DNA of 64,000 nt from the NCBI RefSeq assembly GCF_039654945.1, contig NW_027361792.1, positions 1 through 64,000 on the forward strand. The letters are read 5' to 3'. The notes beneath the pieces are model-generated. The model saw nothing but the letters and a program-made list of their open reading frames with translations. It had not been told where the DNA came from and did not search any database. Shown here one piece after another: positions 39,686 to 51,800 of this stretch (position 1 is the stretch's first letter; every line of letters starts with the position of its first letter). The DNA comes from Dendrobates tinctorius (Eukaryota). Made by a program: the position numbers and the translations under genes.

Positions 39686-39830
39686 CTCCTCCGGCTCCAG
39701 GCCCCTCCCCTCTAAACTCTCGCCGTTGCCTGGAGACGCTGGTCACGTGCTCCCTGCACTTCCGGCCTGTAGTGAAGGTTTCTCCTTGGCGTTGCGACCC
39801 GGCTTCCGTGACGTATCCAAGATGGCGGAC
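39686..39830. promoter_or_regulatory. Probable bidirectional promoter for AGBL2 (-) and MTCH2 (+)
   Basis: CpG-rich. E-box GTCACGTG (~39742), ETS-type CTTCCGG (~39759) and CTTCCG (~39803), CRE-like GTGACGTA (~39808), and a YY1-type CAAGATGGCGG overlapping the MTCH2 ATG. The two genes diverge from here. Confidence 0.6.
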
Positions 39831-42800
39831 ACGAGCAGTCAGCTGCTGCTGGGCTCCGGCCTCACCGTCCTGTCCCACCCGCTGATGTACGTGAAGATGC
39901 TGGTGCAGGTGAGTGCGGAGCCCGGGGGGAGCCGAGGCCGGAGCGTCACCTGTGAGGGCGGGGAGGCCAGAAAGGGTGGAGAAGGGACTGTCACATGGTG
40001 CCCGGTACGGGAGGGAGCTGTCACCGGTGCACGGGTTTTCTGCCGGGGGCCGTCGCGCTCTCTGCGCCGTGCAGTGTATCTAGGCTGTCCGGCGCCCCCA
40101 GCACACATGCGACCTGCACACTGTACTGACGAGCTGCTCTCCCTAATGATCTCAATGTTCAATGAAAAACTGAGAGACGCAGAAGAGACGCAGAAGAGAC
40201 GCAGAAGAGACGCAGAAGAGACGCTCGCGGTGAGTGAGGTGTCCGTGTGATGACACTGGAACCTGCAGCGCTGAATTCTCACAACGAGTGCCCTGCACAC
40301 TTTTAGGATTCTCACTTGCCGATATACAGTCATGTCAGCACAAGTATGTGATTTATATACTTCTGGCCACACTCCGACTAGACGTGCCCGGCCTCGCTCC
40401 GTTCATTGTCATGGAGTGAGGCCACACATGTCTAGTCAGCATGTGACCACATGTATGTAAATTACCGGCACGAGAGAATCCTGACAGTGTGCAGTGTGAG
40501 AATTCAGAAGTCTGCAGTCACATAGAATGTCTGCAGACTCAGCACAGACCTGGACAAGCCCTGTAATGCTCCTAACAAATAAAAACATGAGAATTAGTCA
40601 GTATCACAAATAACATTTACACCCAGGTACCTTATAGATGACGTCGTCTCTGGAGTCGTTCTCCTTTTCTTCTTCTTGTCCAGACCCCATGATGAGTTTT
40701 CTCATCCACATCTTGTCTCTGTAGACTTCCATCTTCTCCGGTCTTCTGCAGCAAATCTCCACACGACGCCCTTAAAGATAGAAGTGTCATTATAATGCTC
40801 CGAAATACAAATATCTGCAATATACTGTCACCTCACACTATTCCCCTCCTCATACTGTATACTCTAACATCCCACCTGTTCACCATACTGTCTCCTCATA
40901 TATTTACCCCCGACTCCCCATACTGTCTGCTCACACATATCCCCGACTCACCATACTGTCTCTGCACACATCCCATCACCCTCACTCCCCATACTGTGTC
41001 CACATACATTTACCCGTTTGGCTCCCCATACTGTGTCTGCACCCATCCCCCATATTGTTTCCTCATACATGCCCTCATACATACACTCTTCATTTGTGTC
41101 CTCAAATCTTCCCACACACATAAGTATCCCCCATCCCTACTCCAAATCCCCCCACACATTATGTTCCCTTATCCCCACTTAACCCTATAATATCCTCAGG
41201 TTTCCTCCATAATGTCCTCAGGTTTCCCCCCGTAATGTCCTCAGGTTTCCCCCCCCCCGTAATGTCCTCAGGTTCCCTCCCCCCGTAATGTCCTCAGGTT
41301 TCCCCCCCCCCGTAATGTCCTCAGGTTTCCCCCCCCCCCCCCCCCCCCCCCCCGTAATGTCCTCAGGTTTCCCCCCCCCCCCCCCCCCCCCCGTAATGTC
41401 CTCAGGTTTCCCCCTCCACCCCCCATATGTTCCTCAATCTTTCTCCATCAAATCACATTAATATGTCTGCACCCTGGGCCTGGCCTTGCTCCGAGTCCTC
41501 TTCACACACTGTCCTCAGTAAATCAACTCCCCCTGCTCCCTCCCTTTCCATTCCATGGGACTCTGCAGGCAGCCGACCCCCTATCTTCCCTTGCACAGTC
41601 GTCGGTGGTGTCTTCAGCTCCATTACCCGTCTGGAGCACTTACCGCACCAACCGCAAGGCAGCCTCAGCTCGCCTCTGAAGAGCCGGCTTGTTATGTCAC
41701 AGCGTGATCATGTGACCTGATCACGCTGCTGGCCGCTGACAGTGGCGGCGCACAAGCGCAGCGGCGCTTACACCTTCACAACAAGTGAGTCAGAGACAGT
41801 CTGTCAGACAGTGTGTATGTGTAGACGCGCAGCACTTTTTCTGCGCCGGCTGTCAGTTTGACAGCTGGCTCAGAGAAAGGGAGAGTCTGAGTGTGGGGGT
41901 GGCAGAATGCCGCCGACGGGGAGTCTCCTCCTTGGGCTGCCGCATCAGGCAGCCCGATGGCGCCCCCTGTCGGCTGCGCCCGGGGCAAATGCCCCGGTTG
42001 CCCCCCCCCTGGATACGCCCCTGGCGCTGTGTGCCCGGGAGCCGTCGCTCTCTCTCTGCGCTATCTGTGCCCGGGAGCCGTCGCTCTCTCTCTGCGCTAT
42101 CTGTGCCCGGGAGCCGTCGCTCTCTCTCTGCGCTATCTGTGCCCGGGAGCCGTCGCTCTCTCTCTGCGCTATCTGTGCCCGGGAGCCGTCGCTCTCTCTC
42201 TGCGCTATCTGTGCCCGGGAGCCGTCGCTCTCTCTCTGCGCTATCTGTGCCCGGGAGCCGTCGCTCTCTCTCTGCGCTATCTGTGCCCGGGAGCCGTCGC
42301 TCTCTCTCTGCGCTATCTGTGCCCGGGAGCCGTCGCTCTCTCTCTGCGCTATCTGTGCCCGGGAGCCGTCGCTCTCTCTCTGCGCCCGTCATTCTTGCAC
42401 TTTTTTATTGTAATACTTTAAGATTTCTTATTTGTGAGTTTATTGTATATTTTTCTATATGTGGTTATCAGCCATTGTCGGGTTCAGTCTCTCTATGGTC
42501 CATCTGGCGCCAATCTTCTTGTTTTTTTTACGTAACTTTATTGTCAACTTTATACCTGACTTTTTCATATTACTATTGTGAACTCGTGCAGGCACGATGA
42601 ATTCTCTCAGCAAGCTTTCCATCTGCATTGTTTGCACAGACTTCGCGCCAACACAGAGCTCGTCTTCTAGGCAGCTGGCCTCTTACATGTGTGAACTAAT
42701 TAATTTGAGAAGGGCCTGGTTACCTTTCTTGATATAATATTCTCAGTTATGGTCGCTGATTATGTAATGGACGTTGATCCAGAGATCTAGTCTGATCGCC

Positions 42801-45800
42801 GTATGTGGGGTTGGGGAGGTATTTTGGCATCTGCCCCAAGGGGGCATTGCCTTCCTCTGGATCATCATCAGGTTCAGAAAAGAGCGACCAGAATGGTGAC
42901 CGGTCTGCAAACCCTGTCTTATGAGGAAAGGTTGCAGGATTTGGGAATGTTTAGTTTGCAAAAGAGAAGACTGAGAGGAGACTTAATAGCTGTCTACAAA
43001 TATCTAAAGGGCTGTCACATTGTAGAAGGATCAACTTTATTCTCATTTGCACAAGGAAAGACTAGAAGCAATGGGATGAAACTGAATGGGAGGAGACACA
43101 GATTAGATATTAGAAAAAACTTTTTGACAGTTAGAGTGATCAATGAGTGGAACAAGCTTCCACGAGAAGTGGTGAGTTCTCCTTCAATGGAAGTCTTCAA
43201 ACAGAGGCTGGACAGACATCTGACTGGGATGATTTAGCGAATCCTGCTTTGAGCAGGGGGTTGGACCAGATGGCCCAGGAGGTCCCTTCCAACTCTACCA
43301 TTCTATGATTCTATTTTACGTTATAGGTTGTACTCGATGGATTTATGGCTTCATTCAACTTTAAAATTATGAAACCTATTTGCATATGTAAAGGACTCTT
43401 TCTTACCTGCCTTTACTTCACCCCTGATGAAGCCACCAGTCTTGTGGCGAAACGTGTGAGGCTTTCTCCCACCTGCCTCTGCCTCGATTCACTGGTCCTT
43501 CCTTTTCCCATTGTTTCATAGTCATTTCAGATATCTTGTGCTTATTTGCCCATTCCAGGGTTTATTATTACGATTGTTTTCATGACTTATCAGCTCTGAT
43601 ATTTTATTATACTGAGTGTATGATTGGTTGGTAGTCGCGCACTGTGTTCCGCTCTCGTTGCGGTTTATACGGCCACCTGACTGCGCCCTAATACCGGTGC
43701 CCTCTTAGTTTGCATCTTTCAAGACTGCCAAAAAAAATAATTAGCTGCCACGTCTCAAAGTAACGTCGCGATCCCAGTGTCGTGCGACATGTCGCCGTGT
43801 AGCCCCAGCATGAAGGTTTACAAGAAGCAGCAATGAAGGGAAAGCAGGATCTGGCTACACAGGCCGTCTGTCTCCATGGGGACATGCAGTTCTGCACTGG
43901 AGCCGTAAACGCAAAATGGCGCATTTTAATTAAATCAATGTTTTTGCAAAGTCTTGCTGCAGAATATGCAGTAAGGTAACAAAAAACCCAGTGACGCTCC
44001 TGTTGTAGGGGTTACCCCGCACCTCTCACTTCCACATTGGGGGAATAGGGTGACTGCTGCTTGCCAGGTATCGTGGAGCTTCTGCTGTATACAGATCAGT
44101 TCGGCCGTGTGTATATGAGCTGGGTGTGGATCGTGCACAGTGATCTGCGCCCCTGGGGTGCGGTGCTGGGGTAGGTGCCAATGAACGCATGAAGCCGGCA
44201 CGTCCGGCTCCTCCGCTGGAGATTGCTGCAGGTCTTTGTGGCGTCACAGAGCCAACAAGCTAATGATTATCTCGTGTGTGATAGTCCATAGTGCGGTCAG
44301 GGGTGAAGTGCCCGTCTGCCGTTTACCTGACTCCGATCTCACCTTTACCATAGACTCCTGTTGTGATTGTAATGGTGGAGAGAGCACGTGGCGGCTTCAT
44401 GTGCCTCACCCGAGTACGGAAAACCAGAGAAGCCACGATCAAGGGAAGCAATGGCATATCTGCAGGATTCACCATAAATACCTGATGCAGGACCCCGGTC
44501 TCTATAACCGGGGCCTTCCATCCTTATGCCACTAAATATGAGAGAAGAATGAATGGCGAGGTGGAGAAACGTGTGTATGGTGGTCTCCAGTCACTTCTGA
44601 GAGAGCTAGCCGTGATAGAGTGCTACAGACAGGTTTACATCCTGCCCTCTGGAGCCGCTCCTGGGCCGTGCATCTAATCCCATCATGTGCATTGTGGGCT
44701 GTGCATCTAATCTCATCCGTTGCATCATGGTCTGCTGGGCCATGCATCTAATCTCATCCTGTGTGTCGTGGCCTCCTGGGCCGTGCATCTAATCCCATCA
44801 TGTGCATCTAATCTCATCCTGTGCGTCGTGGCCTCCTGGGCCGTGCATCTAATCCCATCATGTGCATCTAATCTCATCCTGTGCGTCGTGGCCTCCTGGG
44901 CCGTGCATCTAATCCCATCATGTGCATCTAATCTCATCCTGTGCGTCGTGGCCTCCTGGGCCGTGCATCTAATCCCATCATGTGCATCTAATCTCATTCT
45001 GTGCCTCATGGCCTCCTGGGCCGTGCATCTAATCCCATCATGTGCATCTAATCTCATCCTGTGCGTCGTGGCCTCCTGGGCCGTGCATCTAATCCCATCA
45101 TGTGCATCTAATCTCACCCTGTGCGTCGTGGCCTCCTGGGCCGTGCACCTAATTCCATCATGTCTGCCGTGGTCCGTCCTCTGGGGTGTGCTTCTAATCT
45201 CATCGTGTGATATACTCTGTGTATCTAAGCACAGCGTGTGGTACGGCGAGCAGCACCAAGTGACTGGATGACCGCTGCTGGCCGTTCTGGATCCACATCT
45301 TGGTATCCCTCTGCGGCCAGCAGTGACGTCTCAGCTCTGTGATCCTGAACTTCTTCCTCCCTTATCCTTTTGGAAACACCTAGAAGGGGAATAGTGATGT
45401 CACTCACGTTTGAGCAGACTCCGCCCACTTTTACTGCAGTCGTAAGGCGAGCCAGAACTACATGGAGGTTTTCATGGGAAATTTCAGCAGCTGCTCCCCC
45501 TAGTGTCTAAATGTGGAAAATATCAAAACTTATTTTTCATATTTTATACTATTAATATATAAAAAGGTAAAACATTTGTACTTTACATTTCTTTAATTGT
45601 TGAAAAAAAAAATTGGATGACAGCTTCCCGTTAAGTAAATTGATCCTGTTTCCCCAGGCGGCCGGACGTCATATCCACAGTGCCGAGCGTCCCACGTTGT
45701 TCCTCTGTTCCTCCTTGGCTGCCTTCTTCCGTCTTCGCCATCTCCTCTTCCTGCTCTTGACCGGGCCGAGCTCTGGGGGCCTCGGGTTCTGGATCCTCTC

Positions 45801-48800
45801 TGATATGGCCGTTAGGTTGGGGTGAAGTTCTGGGCAGACGTCGTGGGGGCCGACGCACAGGTCCTTCTTGTTATAGAAGAAGTGTCTCCTCTTCGGCTTC
45901 GCTTTGGTCAGACATTCTGCAAACTGCTTGTCGCACTCGCACGCCATCCGTCCGCACAGCGTGGAGGAGTGACACTGTGTGTGCGCCGGGCCGCACGAGA
46001 ACTGATAGAGCTGCCACTTTACCTTACTGTGGCAGCGCAGGTCAATCCTGGAATAGCGGTAACAGCAGTCGTGGCGGAGGCAGCATCGGTCCACGTCATC
46101 CACCGCCTCTCCTGCCCCTCCTGTGCCACAGTAGCAGCCGTACAGGTTAATGCCCAGCAGGGGCACCTTCAGCCGGTCTCTGTAGCACCACAGGGTCACC
46201 ACCAGATCCAGCACGCCGCGTCTCTGACGAGCCGGAGCGCCGCTGCCGCATGTCCAGTATTGGAGGTGACACGCGTAGACCAAGAGGAACAGCAACAGCT
46301 TGTACATGTCAGATGGCGGGATGGAGGCCGGAGGCTCCTGCGGAGACACAGTGATCACTCTAGTTAGTGTTGCAGAGCCTACTCTGGGTAGATAATATAC
46401 TTCTGGGTACATGTCACTTGTATGCGCTCTCCCTGACCTGCGACTAACGCTATTACAGCTTTATTCCTGACATCCGCGCCTTCTGATCCGCAGGTCCGGG
46501 CCGTCCTCCGCCGTCGCTCTGCGTTATTTCCGCATCTCCAGCACTTGACACTTCTCTGATAATGCCCTGCACTTTATATATGATGCTGTTTTCTGAGGTG
46601 TAGCGGGATCGCTGTCCTCTGTCAATAGCTATTTTTGCTTGAGGCGTTTTACCCTGTTCTCTAACATCATATGTTTTACCAATAATCTATTTTCTTTGCA
46701 CAGTATCTTTCCTATTCTGTATAGCATGTGTGGTCATCTCCTTTGTTTTTTAACCTACATTGGTAACTAAGTAAAGATATTTTGGTTTTGGAGGATCTTT
46801 GATTTCTCTCTTGGTTTTATTCCTTGTCATTCTGCTATTACTATAGGTACTGGAACTTCCTTTCTCCCTCCTCCTAGCATGCATTGCTCCAGCTATAGTC
46901 CAATGCTGTGCCGGCTCTGATCCAAAAGTCCGCTTATCATACCTACGGTATATGCAGTGTGACAAAAGGAGAGGAAAAGATATACAAAGAAAGGCTTCAC
47001 TCTATTGTGCTAAAGCATGTCAATGTGAAATATGAAGAGCAATACGGCGTCTGAATATTAGGAAGAAATGAATGAGACGCTTTGCACAAAATTTGGCCAA
47101 ATAATGTCTGTGCATCAACCATCGGTAGGGACCTGCTGTAATTAAAATCACCAATCGCTGTAAATGACGGCTTTACTGAGAGAGGAGTCCACAATCACCA
47201 GGAATTCAGACGTCAGCCTAGAGGGGGTCACACGGGTCAGGGACCCATCAGTCCTTGAGGTCACCTTGACAATGGTTGATGCGCAGACATTATTTGGCCA
47301 AATTTTGTGCAAAGCGTCTCATTCATTTCTTCCTAATATTCAAACACCGTAATATTCATATTTCACATTGACATGCTTTGGCATGATAGAGGGCTATCTT
47401 TTTTGTGTATTGTATATGGAGGCAGCGGCTCCTGGTATGCACCTATTCACACTAGTCTGGATGTGCCAGTCAATCTTATGTTATTTCTATGGAAAAGGAA
47501 AAGATGACTGGCAGAGACTCGCTCCCCCCTTCACTACCCGTAGAGGGGGCCATAGACCCGCCCCCCTCACTACCCGTAGAGGGGGCGGGGCATAGACCCG
47601 CCCCCTCCCTCACTACCCGTAGAGGGGGGCATAGACCCACCCCCCACTACCTGTAGAGCGGGGCATAGACCCGCCTCCCCTCACTACCCGTAGAGGGGGG
47701 GCATAGACCCGCCCCCTCCCTCACTACCCGTAGAGGGGGGCATAGACCCGCCCCCTCCCTCACTACCCGTAGAGGGGGTGGGGCATAGACCCGCCCCTCC
47801 CTCACTACCCGTAGAGGGAGGCATAGACCCGCCCCCCACTACCTGTAGAGCGGGGCATAGACCCGCCTCCCCTCACTACCCGTAGAGGGGGGGCATAGAC
47901 CCGCCCCCTCTCACTGCCTGTATGGGGGGCATAGACCCACCCTCCCCTCACTGCATATAGAGGGGGCAGAGACCCCCTACCCATAGAAAAGGGCAGAGAA
48001 CCGCCCCCTACTACGCTTAGAGGGGGCAGAGAGACACACACACTACCTGTACTCCATCCGGCTGCCCACTGCTACAGGGGGTCTACAGCGGTGGGCGACA
48101 GGGCAGACTGGGGAGCAGCACCTTGAACATAGAGGAGTCGGTCATCCTATGGAATACGCACGCCCGGCCCGTCCACTCGGTAAAGCCTTTTGCTCGTGTC
48201 CCGTCCCTCGGCGCTCGTCTGTCTATACACGCTCAATATAATACTGCATGCTCTATAGTAAATAGCTCCGCACCTACGTGTCGCTGCTTGGAGTTGCTCT
48301 CGGGTGAAGCTCCCGCTCGGCTTTGCGGTGTCAGACTCTCTGCCCCTTTATATATTACATGTCCTGTGATGTGGGCGACGCGTCCTCGCACCTTAACTCT
48401 TCCATCGCCGTGTCCGTTGTCCGGGGATCACAGCTGTGGTTTCCGGCCGCCATTCTGCCTGTGGTGACCCCTCGCTAGTTCTGTGTCTGGAGGTCCCCAG
48501 ATCGATGGCCGCAGGTTTCGAGGGGCTTCTTATTTGTTTAACACTGCGGTCCTTTCCATGAACTGGTTACTCTGGAGCTCGCGGTCTCATGATGCGCTCA
48601 GAGCAGGACTATAAATATAACACATTTGGCTTTTTTCTACCCATCAATTAGATCTTCCTTTGGCCTCGGTTCATGGACAGTTGGGATTGAAGACATCAGA
48701 AGTGAATCCTCCGGGTCTCGGAGTCTCGCTTTGTGTTTCGTTCACTTCTGTGGTGTAAAATGGGTTGCAGATGTAAGGAGCAGCGTGCATGTCCTCATAC

Positions 48801-51800
48801 ATGGCACATGCACGCCTTTCTGATCTGAGCATGCATGTGTATGGAGTAAGAGCTGACAGCCTGGAGCCAGCCACATACATTGAGCGGCATCCTCCCCTGT
48901 GTCTCGTCTTCAGTTTACAATGTCGCCCGCCTTTCGAGCCGCCCATATGGGTTGTGTTGGGTTTTCTTCTCCCTTCAGACTTTTCTGCTTTTGCATTTTA
49001 GGTGGGACACGAGCCAATGCCACCAACGTTGGGAAGAAACCTTTTTGGGCGTCAGGTGTACCAGCTGCCGGGATTCTTTGCCTACGGTGAGCGCACACTT
49101 CGCTGCGGCGATTTGTATTCCTGAGGTCTCTAACAGGCGGCGCTCACATCAACCCCACGGTTGACAGTGACATCTAATGATCGGACGGCGTCCCGTGGGT
49201 GGCCGTCACACGTCACATTGGGGGGTTTGTCGCGGATTTATTACTATTGCGTTCTGCCTGCCGTCTGTGAATAGACCCTCAAGCATTGCTGCATGGAAGC
49301 TGAGCTAAGGGGATAGAAATCAGGCTGCTGTTTGTACCAGCAGAACTGTGAATGCCGCTCTGGAGTACATTACCTACTTTCTGCCTGTAGAGTCTGTTCT
49401 ACTTTTCACCCGGAGATGCTCAGTAATCTATTCATTTATGTTTTTGCAGCAAAACACATCATTAAAATTGATGGAAAGCGAGGACTCTTCAAGGGCCTGA
49501 CCCCCCGACTGTGCGCCGGAGCGGTGGGCACGGTGGTGCACAGCAGGGTATTGCAGGTAACTGGTTTTATAACAATGGCACATACTGGTGGTGGCGTCAA
49601 CACTGGATAGTTTGTGTAAATGCACTGATAAAAAATAAAAAAATAAGGTGGCCCCCTCCCCCACCTTTGAGTCTGGTTTCCTTTATTAGAGGGGACCACT
49701 TTATGGGAGGGGTTCGCCGGCTCTTTACTATGAACACTCCCTAAACTTTGACTGAGTAACAGTTGTTGTAGCCAGGAGGCCTCTGATGCGGAGTCCTGAG
49801 CGGAGGAAGAAGTTAGAGAGTCTTCAATACTCAGAGCATGGGACACTTCACACGGTGGGGTTGCCCGCCTGATGCGCCGCACGGTGGGGTTGCCCGCCTG
49901 ATGCGCCGCACGGTGGGGTTGCCCGCCTGATGCGCCGCACGGTGGGGTTGCCCGCCTGATGCGCCGCACGGTGGGGTTGCCCGCCTGATGCGCCGCACGG
50001 TGGGGTTGCCCGCCTGATGCGCCGCACGGTGGGGTTGCCCGCCTGATGCGCCGCACGGTGGGGTTGCCCGCCTGATGCGCCGCACGGTGGGGTTGCCCGC
50101 CTGATGCGCCGCACGGTGGGGTTGCCCGCCTGATGCGCCGCACGGTGGGGTTGCCCGCCTGATGCGCCGCACGGTGGGGTTGCCCGCCTGATGCGCCGCA
50201 CGGTGGGGTTGCCCGCCTGATGCGCCGCACGGTGGGGTTGCCCGCCTGATGCGCCGCACGGTGGGGTTGCCCGCCTGATGCGCCGCACGGTGGGGTTGCC
50301 CGCCTGATGCGCCGCACGGTGGGGTTGCCCGCCTGATGCGCCGCACGGTGGGGTTGCCCGCCTGATGCGCCGCACGGTGGGGTTGCCCGCCTGATGCGCC
50401 GCACGGTGGGGTTGCCCGCCTGATGGGCGGCACGGTGGGGTTGCCCGCCTGATGGGTGGCACGGTGGGGTTGCCCGCCTGATGGGTGGCACGGTGGGGTT
50501 GCCCGCCTGATGGGTGGTACGGTGGGGTTGCCCGCCTGATGGGTGGCACGGTGGGGTTGCCCGCCTGATGGGTGGCACAGTGGGGTTGCCCGCCTGATGG
50601 GTGGCACGGTGGGGTTGCCCGCCTGATGGGTGGCACAGTGGGGTTGCCCGCCTGATGGGTGGCACAGTGGGGTTGGCCGCCCGCCTGTTGTGACGCACGG
50701 TGGGGCTGCCCGCCAGTGATCGTGGAACAAGGTGGATCATAACTTGTGTCCTCCTTGGTAATAATAATAATAATAATTTTTATTTATATAGCGCCAACAT
50801 ATTCCGCAGCACTTTACAATTAAGCGGGGACATGTACAGACAATAAATTCAATACAAGTTAAGACAATTCAAACAATGACATTAGGAGTGAGGTCCCTGC
50901 TCGCAAGCTTACAATCTACAAGGAAATGGGGGGACACAGTAGGTGAGAAATGCTTGTTAATTCAGGTCTGGCAATTATAATAGGGTAATGGTAATGACTA
51001 ATAACAGCGGCCGGTGGTTTACGGGTGATCAAACCCTAAATATTTTTAGCTCCAAAAAAATGTTTTATAACTTTTTAATCTCTGGATTTGTTTACTTGAG
51101 CCATTAATGGATTTTCTTTTTTGTCTCTTAGTGCTATCAGAATCAGATGGAGGTAAGATTTATACTTTTCCCAAGGAGTTTGTATGTGGGGTTTAATTAT
51201 CGGGATTGACCTCCCCATTCAGGGTCCTCGTGCACTAGCCAGTCTACTAGCCAACGCAAAGGGCAGATTGTCTCTCCATGAAGGGCTCGGCTCCTCCGTA
51301 CATTGGGCGTCCGTGTAATTCTGCACAGAACACGCACTCTGTACCGAGTTTCTTCCCTAGATATCGGGGTCCCGTCAGCGGGACCCTTGGACAGCAGATT
51401 ATCACACGGGACACTTTTTATTTAAAGGCATTGTTTTAAGTGTTACGTAGTTATGACGTTTTTGGGCTGATGAATATTTATAAAGACGTTTCCATCTTTA
51501 TTTGTCATCTAGGATGAAGTGAGTAAAGAAAAAGAAAACCCCTCCCTGGATTACGTTATTAAAGAGGTAAGCGCCCCGTTATCCTCCTAATTGCCGTATT
51601 GCCCGGATAGAGTGCGATTTCACACGGCGGCGCCCTCATTTCTGTGTTATAGACCACTCAGGAGATGGTTGCCCGCTCTGCTGCTACTGTCATCACACAC
51701 CCCTTCCACGGTAAGTCACACTTCTTAGGGATCGTGCCCACTAACCCTGTTACCTGGTCTGCAGTGTGGTTCTTCCCATTTCCCAAATATCGCTGCTCTT

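Noticed and set aside
37472-39715. Several overlapping 280-380 aa ORFs on both strands
   Set aside because: Minisatellite read-through. The only supported coding sequence here is the 36-nt AGBL2 start.
46308-46412. 35-aa N-terminal extension of the PLA2 ORF (ATG at 46412)
   Set aside because: That ATG lies in a predicted intron with donor, branch point and acceptor, and the signal peptide starts at the ATG at 46307.
49436-50740. 434-aa Arg/Pro-rich antisense ORF
   Set aside because: 29-bp minisatellite plus the antisense of MTCH2 exon 3.
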